A stretch of 64,000 nt of DNA from Octopus sinensis (GCF_006345805.1 NC_043004.1:12710001-12774000); one strand, 5' to 3'; positions 47,972 through 62,179 are shown, counted from the first letter of the stretch. Numbers and translations are program-made. The notes: generated by a model from the sequence alone, not told the origin.

Positions 47972-48370
47972 AGATGTGGCAAGTAGCTTCCTTACCAATC
48001 ACATAGTTCCGGGTTCAGTCCCACTGCTTGGCACCTTGGGTAAGTGTCTTCTACTAGAGCCTCGGGTCGACCAAAGCCTTGTGAGTGGATTTAGTCGACG
48101 GAAACTGAAAGAAGCCAGTAGTATATATGTATATATATGCGCGCGCGCGCGTGTGTGTGTGTGTGTTTGTGTCTGCGTTTGTCTCTCCAGCATCGCTGGA
48201 CAACGGATGGTGCTGTGTTTACGTCATTGTAACCTAGCGGGTCGGCAAAAGAGACCAATAGAATAAGAATTAAGCATCCAAAAAATATGTCCTGGGGTCG
48301 ATTTCGATTTGCTCGACTAAAGGCGGTGCTCCAGCATGGCCACAGTCAAATGACTGAAATAAGTAAGAGA
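47972..48370 (+). mobile_element. SINE family B
   Basis: GTGGCAAGTAGCTTCCTTACC...GGCACCTTGGGTAAGTG...GACTGAAATAAGTAAG. Confidence 0.88.
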
Positions 48371-49488
48371 GAGTAAATAAGATATAATATATACATTTAC
48401 ATGTGGAAATTACCTTTTGCAATCTTTTAATTTTGTTCACACGGACATTTGTTTTTGCCCGTGCTTGTTGCTGTTCGAAGTCCTCTCTGCGTTAACCCTA
48501 TTTATTTTTCAGATTAACGCGATTAAGGGTTTACATCATTGAATGCGTCCTTCGTTGTTTACGAGCGTGGTTCGAAGAAATTTTGGAATTATTTCCAGCA
48601 CATCTTGTGACCACGTTAAGGCTACTCGTGGATCGTGCATATGGGTTGTTGTGTGTGGTCTGGTTTCACTTTGATGCGTGGTCTGGTACTACTTCTTTCC
48701 AATGGGCAAAACCGAGCGCGCTTAAGATGTTAGAAATGTACTTGTTTCAACTTCGCTGAAGTCAAGACCATCATGTTGCTTTCCTTATTGCTTTCGGAAG
48801 TTTATCTTGGATTTTTCAATGATCCTAGAAAAGCTATAGAGTAGTGTTTTGTTTCTCACAAAATTGTGGTACTACAGAGCATTCAGGAACAAAAAAAAAT
48901 CCAAACTCTCAAACAAAATCCTGTACTAATATGATTGCGCTTTAGAGCACGTGCAAGCTTACATTTGAAATGATCATTCGAAATTAAGATTCCTATTAAA
49001 GTTAACTCCTGCTGTTCCAAAATATAGCTTAACCAAATTGTAACTAATCAAAAATATAAAGAGATAGAAAGATGTTAAAGCTTATTTAACGTAGCTTATA
49101 GCTAGTGTTTTATTCTATGGTTAGCTTGTTAAAGATATATATTTTCCTTGGTGAATAATGCATCGATGTTTTCAATTGACTGTGAAACAAACTGTGCAGA
49201 AGCCAATTTTAATATGTTCACTTAATCTGTATTATGATTTATCACTCCTTATATAAACACGTGCAAACACACTATACATCATGCAAATACATATACATAC
49301 TTACATGCATAAATATAAATATAAATATAAATACACACACACACACATATATATATATATATGTATGCATATGTATATAAGCGTGAGTATGATTTTGCAT
49401 GTAAATATGCATATAAGTATATATATATATATATACATATATATATTATATTAAATTGTAAGTTTGGTTTTACTCCCTAATATTTTAT

Positions 49489-49519
<31 letters not shown>

Positions 49520-50094
49520 TAATATATATAATATATATATAATATAGTGAGAAAGATAGATAGTTAGATAAACACAGATATATGTATACATACGTGTATA
49601 TGTGTATGTATATATATATACACACACGCAAACACACACACACTGACACTTTTACCAAATTTGATGTATTTGGTTCAAACTTGATGCCAGCATTACTTAG
49701 GACTCATGGGATCTTTGAATGCTTTAAGTTCTCCAAAAAACGAAAAAAAAGAAAAATCGATGAGTGGGAAAAATCGATAAACCGATTCCTTATGGTATTA
49801 TCCAATCAAGTTATCTGCAACTCATTTTCAGCCAACGTAATTTCGCCCAAATTTGACGTCGGTGTTACTTAGTTTGGTTTGAAATAAAGAACTTGATTAG
49901 CTTAATAATCCTAACTTAATCCTGTACAAAGCCGGGCTATACTGCTATTTTTACCAATGTTATACTAATAATATTGCATTCAGAGAGATATACAGAATTT
50001 GGGAGGCCCTGAAATGTTCAGCCACATTGAGATATTTAGGTGTGCATGTTTGCATGGGTTGATGAGATGCTTAGTAAAATTGCTATAACTTGTG

Positions 50095-50540
50095 TTTCGA
50101 ATGCGTTGGCCGAGTCGTTAACGAGTCGGACAAAATGCCTAACAGCATTTTTGTCCCCAACTCCTTATATTCTGAGTTCATATACTTATTTCTTTACTAC
50201 CCACAAGGGGCTAAACACAGAGGAGACAAACAAGGGCAGACAAACGGATTAAGTCGATTACATCGACTCTAGTGCGTAACTGTTACTTAATTAATCGACC
50301 CCGAAAGGATGAAAGGCAAAGTCAACCTCGGCGGAATTTGAACTCAGAACGTAACGGCAGATGAAATACGGCTACGCATTTCGTCCGGCGTGCTAAAGAT
50401 TCTGCCAGCTCGCCGCTGAAGTCGCATTTATCTTTCATCCTTTCGGTGTCGATAAAGTACTAGTGAAATTATGGGGTAGATGTAATCTACTCACCCCCTC
50501 CCTGAAAACTGCAATCCTTGCGTCAAAATTTGAAATCGAC
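50095..50540. mobile_element. SINE family A (minus, ~50185-50417) inserted into a diverged plus-strand family A copy
   Basis: Plus head 50095-50180 ends CTGAGTTCA; plus tail resumes ~50418 (GAAGTCG..CTTTCATCCTTTCGGTGTCGATAAA); a complete minus copy lies between. Confidence 0.75.
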
Positions 50541-51433
50541 GTATGTGGTGTGATATTTGTATCACTGAAGGAGACTTCGTCAAAAGACAACATTCCCTAT
50601 CTTAGCTTCATCACCTGTACATCACGCCCAAACACTTTCTAAAGTTATTTATGTGGGAAAATATTTGGGCGATAATTACACTACAGTTTATTTTCCTTTG
50701 ACATGTAAAACACTGAGTTTGTAAACCTATCTGGGAATGTCTGCATCTAGTTGTTCTTATCAAGGCAGAAAACAAACAAACAGTGAGAAATGAAGCAAAA
50801 GAAAAACAACAACAGCACAAAATAGGTAAATGTTATCCACCCTAAGCAATATAATTATTTCTCCTCTCTCCTGCATTTTTCTTAATTTCTTTACAACATA
50901 CGGCTTCTTGTAAACGCCCAGACAGACGTAAAGATAAAGCTTAACCAACGTACTTGATACAACGTGATGCCAATCAAACTCGAACGAATACATGTTTTAA
51001 TTGTCTTTTAAGCGCCAAGATCTTGTTATCCAATACTTGTCTATAAGTTCGTTCAGCAGGTTTCTGATGGGACAAAAATAAATTCTATGTTTTCTGTTTT
51101 GTTTTCGGTCCTTCGGAATGTGTGTCTTTGTGTGGCATTTTCTGAAGTTGTAAACTATTGCTTTTATATCGAGTAACAGCCATAATAATAGTAAAGTGAC
51201 ATGAGATTAGGCTTCATTGCTAAATGCTTACCAATGGAAACACATTCACGGGGAGACACTAAAAAACACACAAACACACACACAATAGATAAATAATAAA
51301 TAAATATAGGTAACTAAATGAACAAATATGAAAAGAGTCCTTGAGTATGCGTATGACTATCGTTCGACCAAGTTTACAACCCACACACTGTATAACAATG
51401 AATGACTGAGTATTCCAAATCAATAACATAAAT

Positions 51434-51665
51434 GGCTAGCTGGCAGAATAATTAGGACGCCGGGCGAAATGCTTAGCCTTATTTCGTCTGCCGCTACGTT
51501 CTGAGTTCAAATTTCGCCGAGGTCGACTTTGCCTTTCATCCTATCGGGGTCGATAACCTAAGTATCATTTACGCACTGGGGTCGATGTAATCGACTTAAT
51601 TCCTTTGTCTGTCCTTGTTTATCCCCTCTATGTCTCGCTCCCTGTGAGCAATAAAGAAATAAATA
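51434..51665 (+). mobile_element. SINE family A, long form
   Basis: GCTAGCTGGCAGAA...CTTTCATCCTATCGGGGTCGATAA...CAATAAAGAAATAAATAA. Confidence 0.88.
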
Positions 51666-52711
51666 ACATAAACCTCACACAGAATCGACGTGGCACTGTC
51701 AATGTGTCTGTGTGTTTGTGTGTTTGTGTGACTGTCTATGTGTGTGCATGTGTGTGTCTGTGTGTGTGTGTGTGAGAGAGAGGGGGGAAAGAGGGAGAAA
51801 GAGAGATGGAAAAAGAGAGACGGATAGCGAGAGAGTGACCATGATGGTCGTTTGGTTTGTAGGTTCAGTTCGTAGTGCAGGGTGTCCGATTAATTTCAGC
51901 CTAAGTTAGTTGAACCGATTTCACTCGTAACATTGTGTCGACTCGAAGCTTTCGAAGAAGGGAGTTCTGCCTGATTCTGCTGCGCTTGGGAGCGAACTCA
52001 GGTACTCAGAACCGCGAAACGAGGTTCGTAAACACTCGCTTATATTTTATATCACACACATACACACACACACATGCGCGCGCATTCAGACACACACACA
52101 TACATAGATACAGACATTGGAACACACATGTGCATACACAAAGTCACACATTCAGCCACACATACATACGAACACAGACACATACACACACAAACACATA
52201 TTCACATACACACACGCATAAAAACACACTCAGACACACACACTCACGCTCATACAAACTGACACACACACACAGAGTATTAAGCAAAACCATTGAAACT
52301 GAGTAACATCTCAAAAAAGTTTCACATCATGTTTAAAATAGTATTTGACGCCATATTGTACAATAGTTTAACACCAGAATTTACAGAGGGGATTCCTACT
52401 TGGCCACACGGCCTTCCAGACTTATCAGCACAAAAAAAAAAAAAAAACAGAAGTCACATAAAACAGTCTCGTGCAAATATACAGGACCACAATAGCGTTC
52501 TTTGCGCAAGCAGTCATGTAATTTCATCACTTTGGGGAAATTCTTATACTATGCACCCCAGGCCGACCAAAGCCCGACGTTGTAAAAGGATCATAAGAAT
52601 CTTAATAAAAAACAGAGTGAAGAACTGCAAGGATAGAATTAATAGGAATGTAGAACTTGTCCAGGTGAATGAAGCTTTAAACATATTATGCTGCATTATA
52701 ATGTATAAAAT

Positions 52712-53300
52712 AAGGCGGCGAGCTGGCAGAAACGTTAGCACACCGGGCGAAATGCTCAGCAGTCTTTCGTCTGTCACTACGTTCTGAGTTCAAATTCCGC
52801 CGAGGCTGACTTTGCCTTTCAGCATTTTGGGTGTCGATTAAATAAGTACCAGTTACGCACTGGGGTCGATATAATCGACTTAATCCGTTTGTCTGTTCTT
52901 GTTTGTCCCTTCTGTGTTTAGCCCCTTGTGGGTAGTAAAGAAATAGGTATTTCGTCTGCCGTTACGTTGTGAGTTCAAATTCCGCCGAGGCCGACTTTGC
53001 CTTTCATCATTTTGGGGTCGATTAAATAAGTACCAGTTACGCACTGGGGTCGATATAACCGACTTAATCCGTTTGTCTGTCCTTGTTTGTCCCCCCTATG
53101 TTTAGCCTTTTGTGGACAATAAAGAAATCAGAAACGTTAGCACGCCGGGCGAAATGCATAGCGGTATTTCGTCTGGCTTTACGTTCTTAATTCAAATTTC
53201 GCCGAGGTCGACTTTGCCTTTCATCCTTTCGGGATCGATAAATTAAGTACCAGTTGCGTACTGGGGTCGATCTAATCGACTGGCCTCCCTCCCCCAGAAT
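52712..53300 (+). mobile_element. SINE family A with three internally repeated units
   Basis: TTCGTCTG...GAGTTCAAATTCCGCCGAGG...GGGGTCGAT recurs at ~52765, ~52950 and ~53168. Confidence 0.9.
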
Positions 53301-53401
53301 ATTACAATGTATAAAATGTTAAACAGTAATGTTCAATTAACAATATTCTTCAGAAAATGTTGTTTGTGAAAAACATATTTGGTAGTGTAAGCACCACACA
53401 T

Positions 53402-53457
<56 letters not shown>

Positions 53458-55159
53458 TGTTAGTGCGTGTATGTGTATTTAGACATGTATATATGCATAC
53501 ATAGTTACCTATGTATATACGCGCAGAAGAAAACTCACATGTGTCTTTCTTGTAAGCGTTTCTTTGTGTAAGTGCGTAGACATGTTTTACAGACAATGTA
53601 GAAATCAAAATATTTGATGGAATTGTCGCTTTAAATTTTCGCACAAAGAAGCAATAAAATTAGTTATGTGTATAAAGAGGTGAAAATAAAACGTGTATCT
53701 TATCAAATGATATTGGCAGTTACAAGGTGTTTCGAATTGATAATGTATATAGGTGTGTAAATTACAATTTGTTTTTAAGAACGAAATGTAAATATTACTT
53801 GAATGGAAATATAAAGTGATATACGCCATACATGAAAATGATATCAGTTTGAAAGAAATTGTTTGAAAATGAATAGAATGGAATAAAAGTTAGATAATGG
53901 GAGATTATAAGATATCACAATTTGGGTTAAAATAAAGTTGTAAAAGGTTATTCAGTAGCGTAAGCAAGTGTATGCTAAATCTTATGCTAGATATGGTGAA
54001 CAGAGAAAATTGGAAAAAGGAGGTAGCGAATAATCTTAATTATGTATGAAAGGAAATTCGAAGTGGTTTAGCACAAGTTGAGGAATGCTAAGTATAATAG
54101 CAGAAATATAATGAAGCTTAATGAACAGGAGAAAGGTTTGGTTTGAAGTTTAAGTAGCAAGTTTCAAAATGAAATGAATATAATAAGTATAGGGGTAAAT
54201 ATTGATTCTAAAATTAAAGTATTAAATTAATGTTGTGAAATGTATGAACTTCTCATAGTCCAAATGTTTAGGGCTATTGTTACTACCGTGTAGTTTGAGA
54301 TATTTTGACGAAGTAGGGAAGTTGTAATGTTTAAAAGAGTAATAGCAGTTAATAAATCTGGCCGGTTGATTTAAGTAATAAATCATTTAATGTTGAATGT
54401 GTTAACTTTATTGTAGAAACTACCATTGTGGTAAAAATATAGTGTAGATATGTGTTCTATAAAATATTACCTAGTTTGAAAAATAATATGTCTAAGCTAC
54501 TTCAAGAGTTTTTGAAAGATCCAAGCTTCGCCCAAGATCAGTAATTCTGTGAGATTTTCTACTTCTCAAGGGTCAAATATTTAAGTAATTCTAGATTGGG
54601 GAATACAACTTCATGATTCAGGGGTTCGAAAATGAGGCAGTTTTTTTATTGTTTCTTCGTAGGTTTTCATATAAGTGAAATGGAAAATGATGGAGACCAG
54701 ATATGGCTTAAAAATGAAATATCCACTTTTGTGTGTAGATCCTTAAATACGTGTGTTTGATGTGCGTGTACGTGTGTGTATGACGTGTGTGTGATGTGTG
54801 TTTACGTGTGTATATGTGTGTGGGAATGAATGTGCGTGCGCGTGTAATAAAATCCTTTTTGAACAAAACAGCGCTTAAAGTAATAGGTGAAATCAAAATC
54901 GAGTTAATGTTGACTGCGAAACAGACTAACTCCTTTGTCTTATAATTAACTCCAACTTAAAAAAAATATATTGGTGCAGATATCATTACAATTAGATACA
55001 TTATGAAAGATTAACTGGTTGTTTTTAAAACTTGAAATGATTAGAATTCTCTAGTGTTTTTGAAAATGTCTATGTGCGTGATTGAATAAGAAATTCTAAT
55101 ATTTTTTGTGGAAAATGAGGACGTGCTCTGGTTGAATTGTCAGCACACAGGGCAAACTA

Positions 55160-55340
55160 CGTGGCGGTAAAATAATTTCGTCTGTCCATACATTCTGAGT
55201 TCATATTACACCGACGTTTACTTTTCCTTTTTAGCCATTCGGGGTCGATTAAAAATAAGTACCAATTGAATACTGACATCGATGTAATCGATTTAGGCCA
55301 TTCTCTGAAATTGCTGGCCTTGTGCCAAAATTTGAGGCCA
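55160..55340 (+). mobile_element. SINE family A, diverged
   Basis: TTTCGTCTGTCCATACATTCTGAGTTCA...TTCGGGGTCGATTAAAAATAAGTACC...TTGCTGGCCTTGTGCCAAAATTTG. Confidence 0.72.
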
Positions 55341-55426
55341 ATATGCTTTGTGAAGAGTGTCATAGTTCTTGCGCTTAGAAAAGAAATGTACCCTAGTGTC
55401 ACGTTGATGGCATGCACTGCTCTCTC

Positions 55427-55463
<37 letters not shown>

Positions 55464-55464
<1 letters not shown>

Positions 55465-57580
55465 GATATCGCAAAGGTTGAACAAGCACCTGGTCGAAAG
55501 CAACCTGTTTCCAGAAGAGCAGAAAGGATGCCGCAAAGGCTCATATGGCTGTAAAGATCAACTAACTGAAGACAGCCACAGAAAGAAGAAAGGCCTCAGT
55601 ATGGCCTGGATCGACTACAAAAAGGCGTTTGGTAGCATCCCCCACACATGGATCCTCGAAACACTAGCCATTAACAAAGTAGCATCAACAATTATAAAAT
55701 TCATAGGGCACTCTATGAATAAATGGCAAACAGTGCTACAACTCCAAACAAAAGAAGGACTCATGAAAACCAAAGCCATCCCCATTAGAAGAGGAATATT
55801 CCAGGGAGACACGCTCTCTCCACTCCTTTTCTGCTTGGCACTGTCACCTCTATCTGATATGCTAAATAGAACTGGAAGCGGATATAAATGTTACGGAAAA
55901 ACGATCAGCCACCTTTTATATATGGATGACCTAAAACTGTACGCTGCAAATGACAAACAGCTGGAAACACTATTAAAGACAGTTCATGGATTTACTAAAG
56001 AAATAGATATGAAATTTGGATTAGAAAAATGCGCCAAAGTAACCCTGAAAAGAGGAAAACTAGTTAAGAGTAGCAACATCACACTAGATAAAACCAATGA
56101 AATAAAATAATTAGACCAAAACCAAACTTACAAATACTTAGGAATTCATGAACTAGATAAGACACAACACACACAAATGAAAGAGAAATAAAAAAAGAAT
56201 ATTATAGACGAGTTAGATCAATACTAAAAACAGAGTTCAATGTTAAAAACAAGATAATAGGTATTATTACTTTAGCTGTCCCAGTTATAAGTTACAGCTA
56301 CAATATCCTTAACTGGACACTAAATGAACTGACCAAAATAGATAGGGAAACAAGAAAAATAATGACAGGATCTAGGATGCATCACCCAAAATCTGACATA
56401 GAAAGACTATATATACAACGTATAGAAGGTGGTAGAGGCATCATACAGCTGGAAAACTACTATAAAATAACCACCATAGGACTGCAAAAATACCTACTTC
56501 AGAAGGAAGGAAAACTGATCCAGATAGCAGCAAAACACGAGCAAAACAAAAAACTGTTCTCAGTATTTAAGGAAGCTGACAAATACAAACAAGAAATCAT
56601 ACCACCTAATAAACACAAAGAAGAAGAAGAAGATGATGAAGAAACAACAAAAGCTATAAAACAAATGAAATCCAAACTAAAAATAGAACAGCAACGAACC
56701 ATGATAAAACGATGGCAAGAAAAGTCCCTTCATGGTAAATACTGGACTGAACTAAACGCAAAAGAAATAGACAAAAACAATCCCAGCAATGGTTGAGAAG
56801 CTCAGGACTCAAAGCAGAAACAGAGGGATTTTTAATTGCAGCACAAGACCAAAGCCTCCCCACCAGAAATTACCAAAAACATGTAATGAAAAGAAATATA
56901 ACAAGTAACTGCAGAATATGTGGAGATGGACAAGAAACAATAAATCATATTATCTCTAGCTGCCCAGTCCTGGCTAAGAAGGAATATATTCACAGACATG
57001 ACAGAGTTGGAACCTACATACACTGGAAGCTATGCCAACATTATGGAATAACAACAGAAAAAATATGGTATAGGCACACACCAGAAAAGGTCACAGAAAA
57101 CGAGAAAGCAACCATACTCTGGGATATGCCGATACACACAGATAAAGAAATTAAGGCCAACAGACCAGATATAGTTGTCAGAGATCATGAAGAAAAAAAA
57201 TGCTTTCTAATTGATGTATCAATACCGGCAGATGACAACGTGTCTCTAAAAGAAATGGAGAAATTTTCAAAATACACAGACCTGGAAATAGTGGTAACCA
57301 GAATGTGGAATCTAAAAACAGAAACAATTCCTATCATAGTAGGTGCATTAGGCATGATAAAAAAATATTCAGACAAATACATAACAAAAACACCAAGACT
57401 TACAAACACATATAACATACAGAAAATTGCACTACTAGGCACTGCACATATCCTACGCAGAACACTTTCCATACAATAACCATCAGAGCATCACAACAAA
57501 TCACAACACATACCTAAGGCACACAGAGCTGCGCACAGTAGTGAAGTGAAAGCACGCTATAAAAATAAAACTACTGAAAA
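55464..57580 (+). mobile_element. 5'-truncated R4/Dong-clade LINE (RT, CCHC, RLE, 3' UTR) inserted in (TAA)n; few inactivating lesions
   Basis: EEQKGCRKGSYGCKDQL, IDYKKAF, RGIFQGDTLSP, HLLYMDDLKLY, GGRGI, CRICGDGQETINHIISSC, RHD, NRPDIVV..LIDVSIP..KYTDL, IVGALG, ALLGTAHILRRTLS*. (ATA)n at 55427-55463 and 57580-57607. Confidence 0.96.
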
Positions 57581-59590
57581 ATAATAATAATAATAATAAT
57601 GATAATAGAACATAGTTCGATACGAACCATCGAATAATGTCACTGGCAGCAGCTCAGCCTTTTGTTCCCATACTGATTTTGAAAGCCACTGTATTCATTT
57701 TTTTTTTCATCTAAAATGTGTTGCTATATAAGAAAATAGATTTTCTTGCTTGAATATATTGTTGATGTCTGCTTAAAAAAGAAATTAATTCTGTTATGTA
57801 CACGCTGCTATAAGAATAAGTTCAATGATCATAGGATAGTATTCTTTATATCAAACAGGAAGAAATGGTAGTTTCTCATCATTAATAGTAATAAATTCCA
57901 CTATGGCTGAATTTGAATAATTGCATAGGGAAATTGTATAATTCCCATAACGTGATTCAAAGTTGATTTTAAGAAAGATAGGATTCAATACATACTTACT
58001 AAGGATACCAAAAAATGTCTTCGAAAGTTTATCTTCCAATGATCTTTGAATGTAAAGTATGACTCTTGTGCTAGCAATATTTTGGCCCTATCTTCCATGT
58101 AGTTTTCTATGCAAGATATTTCTAACAGTAATATTTACATGATCTAAGAGAACATAATTTCTAAATTCCTACAGATTATTTGATTGAATGAGATAGAAAT
58201 CCGAAGTATTCTTGTTTATTGATCTCATATATAGTTTCAGTTGAACCAGAATTAATAAATACATCGTTGCTTGAGCAGAAATAGCTAATCTTATTTCCAA
58301 GAGGTTTTGGAGGAAGAGTGAGATTTTCTTTTCTACTGAACGAATATTTTAATTGTGCAAAAAGGTCAACTTTCACCGTTGTCAATAAATTATCTGGAGG
58401 AACATATTTTACTGTCTCGGACCCTATTGGCATTTCGCTGTGACCTAAAAATGTTTTCATCGACGCACATTTTCCATTTAATCCTTTCGTTAAGACCGTC
58501 GTTTTCAGGTGATAATCAATTTAGGTGAGCTATATTTGAAAGTGTACAATGTGTTCTTATAGGAAAGTTTATTTACCGTTGTTACAGTTTTAGATAACCA
58601 GTTTATGTTTCGGGACACCTTAATTTGAAAAGTAAACTCCTTTATGAGTATAGTAGTTTTTTTTTCCTTAATCTTGTATTAAAGGACAGAAAATTATTGA
58701 CTGAGTAAAGAACTCAATATGCAACAAGGAAGTAAATTGTTACTTTTTAAAAATGACCGTACCAGCCATGCATCACCAAATCTGGCTTCTGGACTTTTCA
58801 TCTTTGTTAGCCATATGCGAACATTTAAAAAGAATCAGTAGCGGATCTATAACAGCAATGAATGGAAAAGCTTTATCAATAAATCATCATAATAAAAATC
58901 TAAAGTTTCTAAGGGCCTCCATTCAAGATGTACTAAAAGTGGTGGTGGTGTTTGTGGGGGAAGGAATAATGGAATAAGTGTATATAAGGATAAAATAAAG
59001 GCTAAATACACAGAGAATGTACAGGAGAATTTTAATGAACATATGGTTGTATAACTTATTAAAATGCTTTATGAAATTATGAATATAAAAGACTCGCAAT
59101 TTCAACGAAATTGCATTCGTTCGTAACAGATGTTACTGTTAAAAACATAGAAAAATCGAAATTTCATAAAATTAACAGCACTTTTGCGAAATGTTTATAA
59201 AGTATTTTTATTTATTTGTAAAAGAAATAATTTTAGTGATAAAGAAGTTAAAACTTCAAAGTATTATTAAGTTGCTTTAATTTAAATGTCTGCGAAATGT
59301 GTATTAAACCAAACAACTAATTTATATTAAATTTACATATAACCGAACGATGTAGTGTGAAAATCTGTTTCAGTATTAGTTATATTAATGTTAAAAATGC
59401 GAAATACGAATAATATTGTCAAAAGCGACAAATATTTTAATAAATATCGTAATTCGTTTCCTTTAATTTAAACTAAATCATATAGAAAAAAAACCCTCTT
59501 AAAAGGAAGTGGTAAGGTTTAAATATTTAATCAACCAAGACAATTTTGAGCATTTTTATTACATTAAAGAATTATCCTTATGCTCAACGA

Positions 59591-59625
<35 letters not shown>

Positions 59626-60829
59626 ACACACACACACACACACGCAGAGAGTTAAGTTAATTGTAAACAAATTAGCAAAATACCGAAATATAATTAAAAT
59701 AACATCTAGATTACAGTTGCTGATATTATTTCGATTAAAAGAACTGTGATCAATTTAAAAAGATATTTTGAATGTTATCCAAATTATATTGTTGAATAGA
59801 TATGAATTTCTGGTTTGTTTGAAATAATTTGTGGTTTCTGAAGACAAGCCTCACAAGAAGCAGCGTAACTTAACGTGATGTATGTAAATACGAACTGGAT
59901 CCTTGTGGAGTTGTTGTAAAACTGGGGAAACTAATTAGCAATTTGAAGATGTTTTATGGAAGATGCATCTAAAAGTGCACGTTTAAATACACACACACAC
60001 ACCTCACACATACATGTAATGTTACCAATGCGTGGCTTTCTACTGGTTTTCTACTCTGCATCAAGAACAACATTCTTATATAAATTTCCAAGTTTTGTAC
60101 TTGTCTAAATGGAATCCCTATGGAATTTCACCCTTCAAATTCTCTTGGCTTTCTGCTGGATATATATAGTTCGATAAAGATATTTTCCAGTGAAGCTTTT
60201 CCAATATAATCGTAATTAAATCATCAAAATGTATGAAGAAAACAATGTTGAGGTACATGAAATATCTACACCCTCATTGTCTTTTTACAATAAATTTCAG
60301 TATAATCGCAGTCTACGCATCGGAATACTATCTCTCTAAAATTTCATTAAAATTTACCCGTTTTTTCTAAAAGTTATTAGAACGAAATCGAGGTGCTGTA
60401 TACACTTGTATAGGTATGCCCAATTAACGCAACTTAAAACCATTTTTGTTATTCCGTTTTCTATTTCATTATCAGCATCTAAAAAGAAAGAAAGGAAATT
60501 GGAATCAGCATGAATTTGGCTGACGCAGGACTAAACACATAACATGTAGGAAGTCGCGTTGCAAATATCTAGGCAACTGTTATATTTTCAGAAATATAAT
60601 TAGACATTAAAAAACGGTAATCCGCATTAAGCTGAAATGTTGTAATGAATAAAAATTCCTGATTGAAATATACAATAATAAAAGAAACCTCGAAATCGAA
60701 TTTTGATAAGATATATTAAAACTGGAATTTATAAATATTTTCCAGACAGTTTAGTCTTAAATAATAGCTTCCATTTAGTAAAAGTTACATAATCCAAATT
60801 AATTTGTAAGCCGCATTCTTTCATTATAG

Positions 60830-61224
<395 letters not shown>

Positions 61225-61717
61225 TATAGTCACATATACACGTACATATATACCTACACGTAATCACGTTAATACGTATGAAGTCCTATATCAAGAAAAT
61301 AACCTAGACGTCAATTAAAAGGAATCGTGCCGCATAGTTGTCGTACAGGCTCATATTATAGAAACGAGCATTGTCTTGTATACGATAATTTTAAATCAAT
61401 AAAACATATGTGGTTAACCATAAGTACATAGTAAAAGCAATATGCAGCAAGTGTAGTATTATGAAAATTAAGCACCGATAACTTGGTGGTTGGTATAAAT
61501 CTTAGAATAAGATTCAGAGTAACAATAGGTGTTGTAAAATAGAAAGAAACTCGCTTGTCTATGTAAGCATTGTCTCTGTAGGAAATCTATTCATTGACAA
61601 TGTAAGCAATGTGTAAGAGAAGGCATTGGTTTTGAAGAACAGCGACTGAGTTGTGTTAAGACTATATATTATGAAATATTGTTGTTCCTAAATTTTTCAG
61701 CGGGAGATATGCAATAG

Positions 61718-61885
61718 CAGTACTTTAAAGTAACGATTTTTTGTCAACGCAATGTAGCAGTACCATTTTGGGGCGAATACTACTGATATTTAGCCCCAGG
61801 AAACGATGTCTCCTGGTGTTAAACAACAGTTGCATTCGCTCCGAGATGGAACTGCCACATTAGGTTGGCAAAAACTTGTTACTGT
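61718..61885. repeat. Diverged family H2 palindrome lacking the HHR spacer
   Basis: CAGTACTTTAAAGTAACGATT..GTCAAC..GCAG...TTTAGCCCCAGG aligns with 32785-32868; centre CCAGGAAACGATGTCTCCTGG; GGAACTGCCACATTAGGTTGGCAAAAAC aligns with 33070-33096. Confidence 0.7.
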
Positions 61886-62084
61886 ATATATTATGAATTT
61901 ATAATAAATATGTAAGCTCATCTGACCAGGTAAATTTACAGAGTGATGTGAAACTTAGTTTTCATTCGTATAAGGTGTTAGACATGTCGCCATTTATACA
62001 CTGAAAATCAAGGAGCACTCTTATGCTCAAATAATACACACATATATATACACACATACATACATATATATATGTATATATATG

Positions 62085-62127
<43 letters not shown>

Positions 62128-62179
62128 ACGGGTATGGCTATACATACATACATACATATATACATAATTTTACTATTGG

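Noticed and set aside
53840-54650. Strand-biased AT-rich tract suggesting an ancient LINE (also 62340-62940)
   Set aside because: Composition only; no translatable motif found.
57850-58960. ORFs of 62-94 aa that might be a Helitron or hAT remnant
   Set aside because: No diagnostic motif could be read convincingly in any frame; needs BLASTx.
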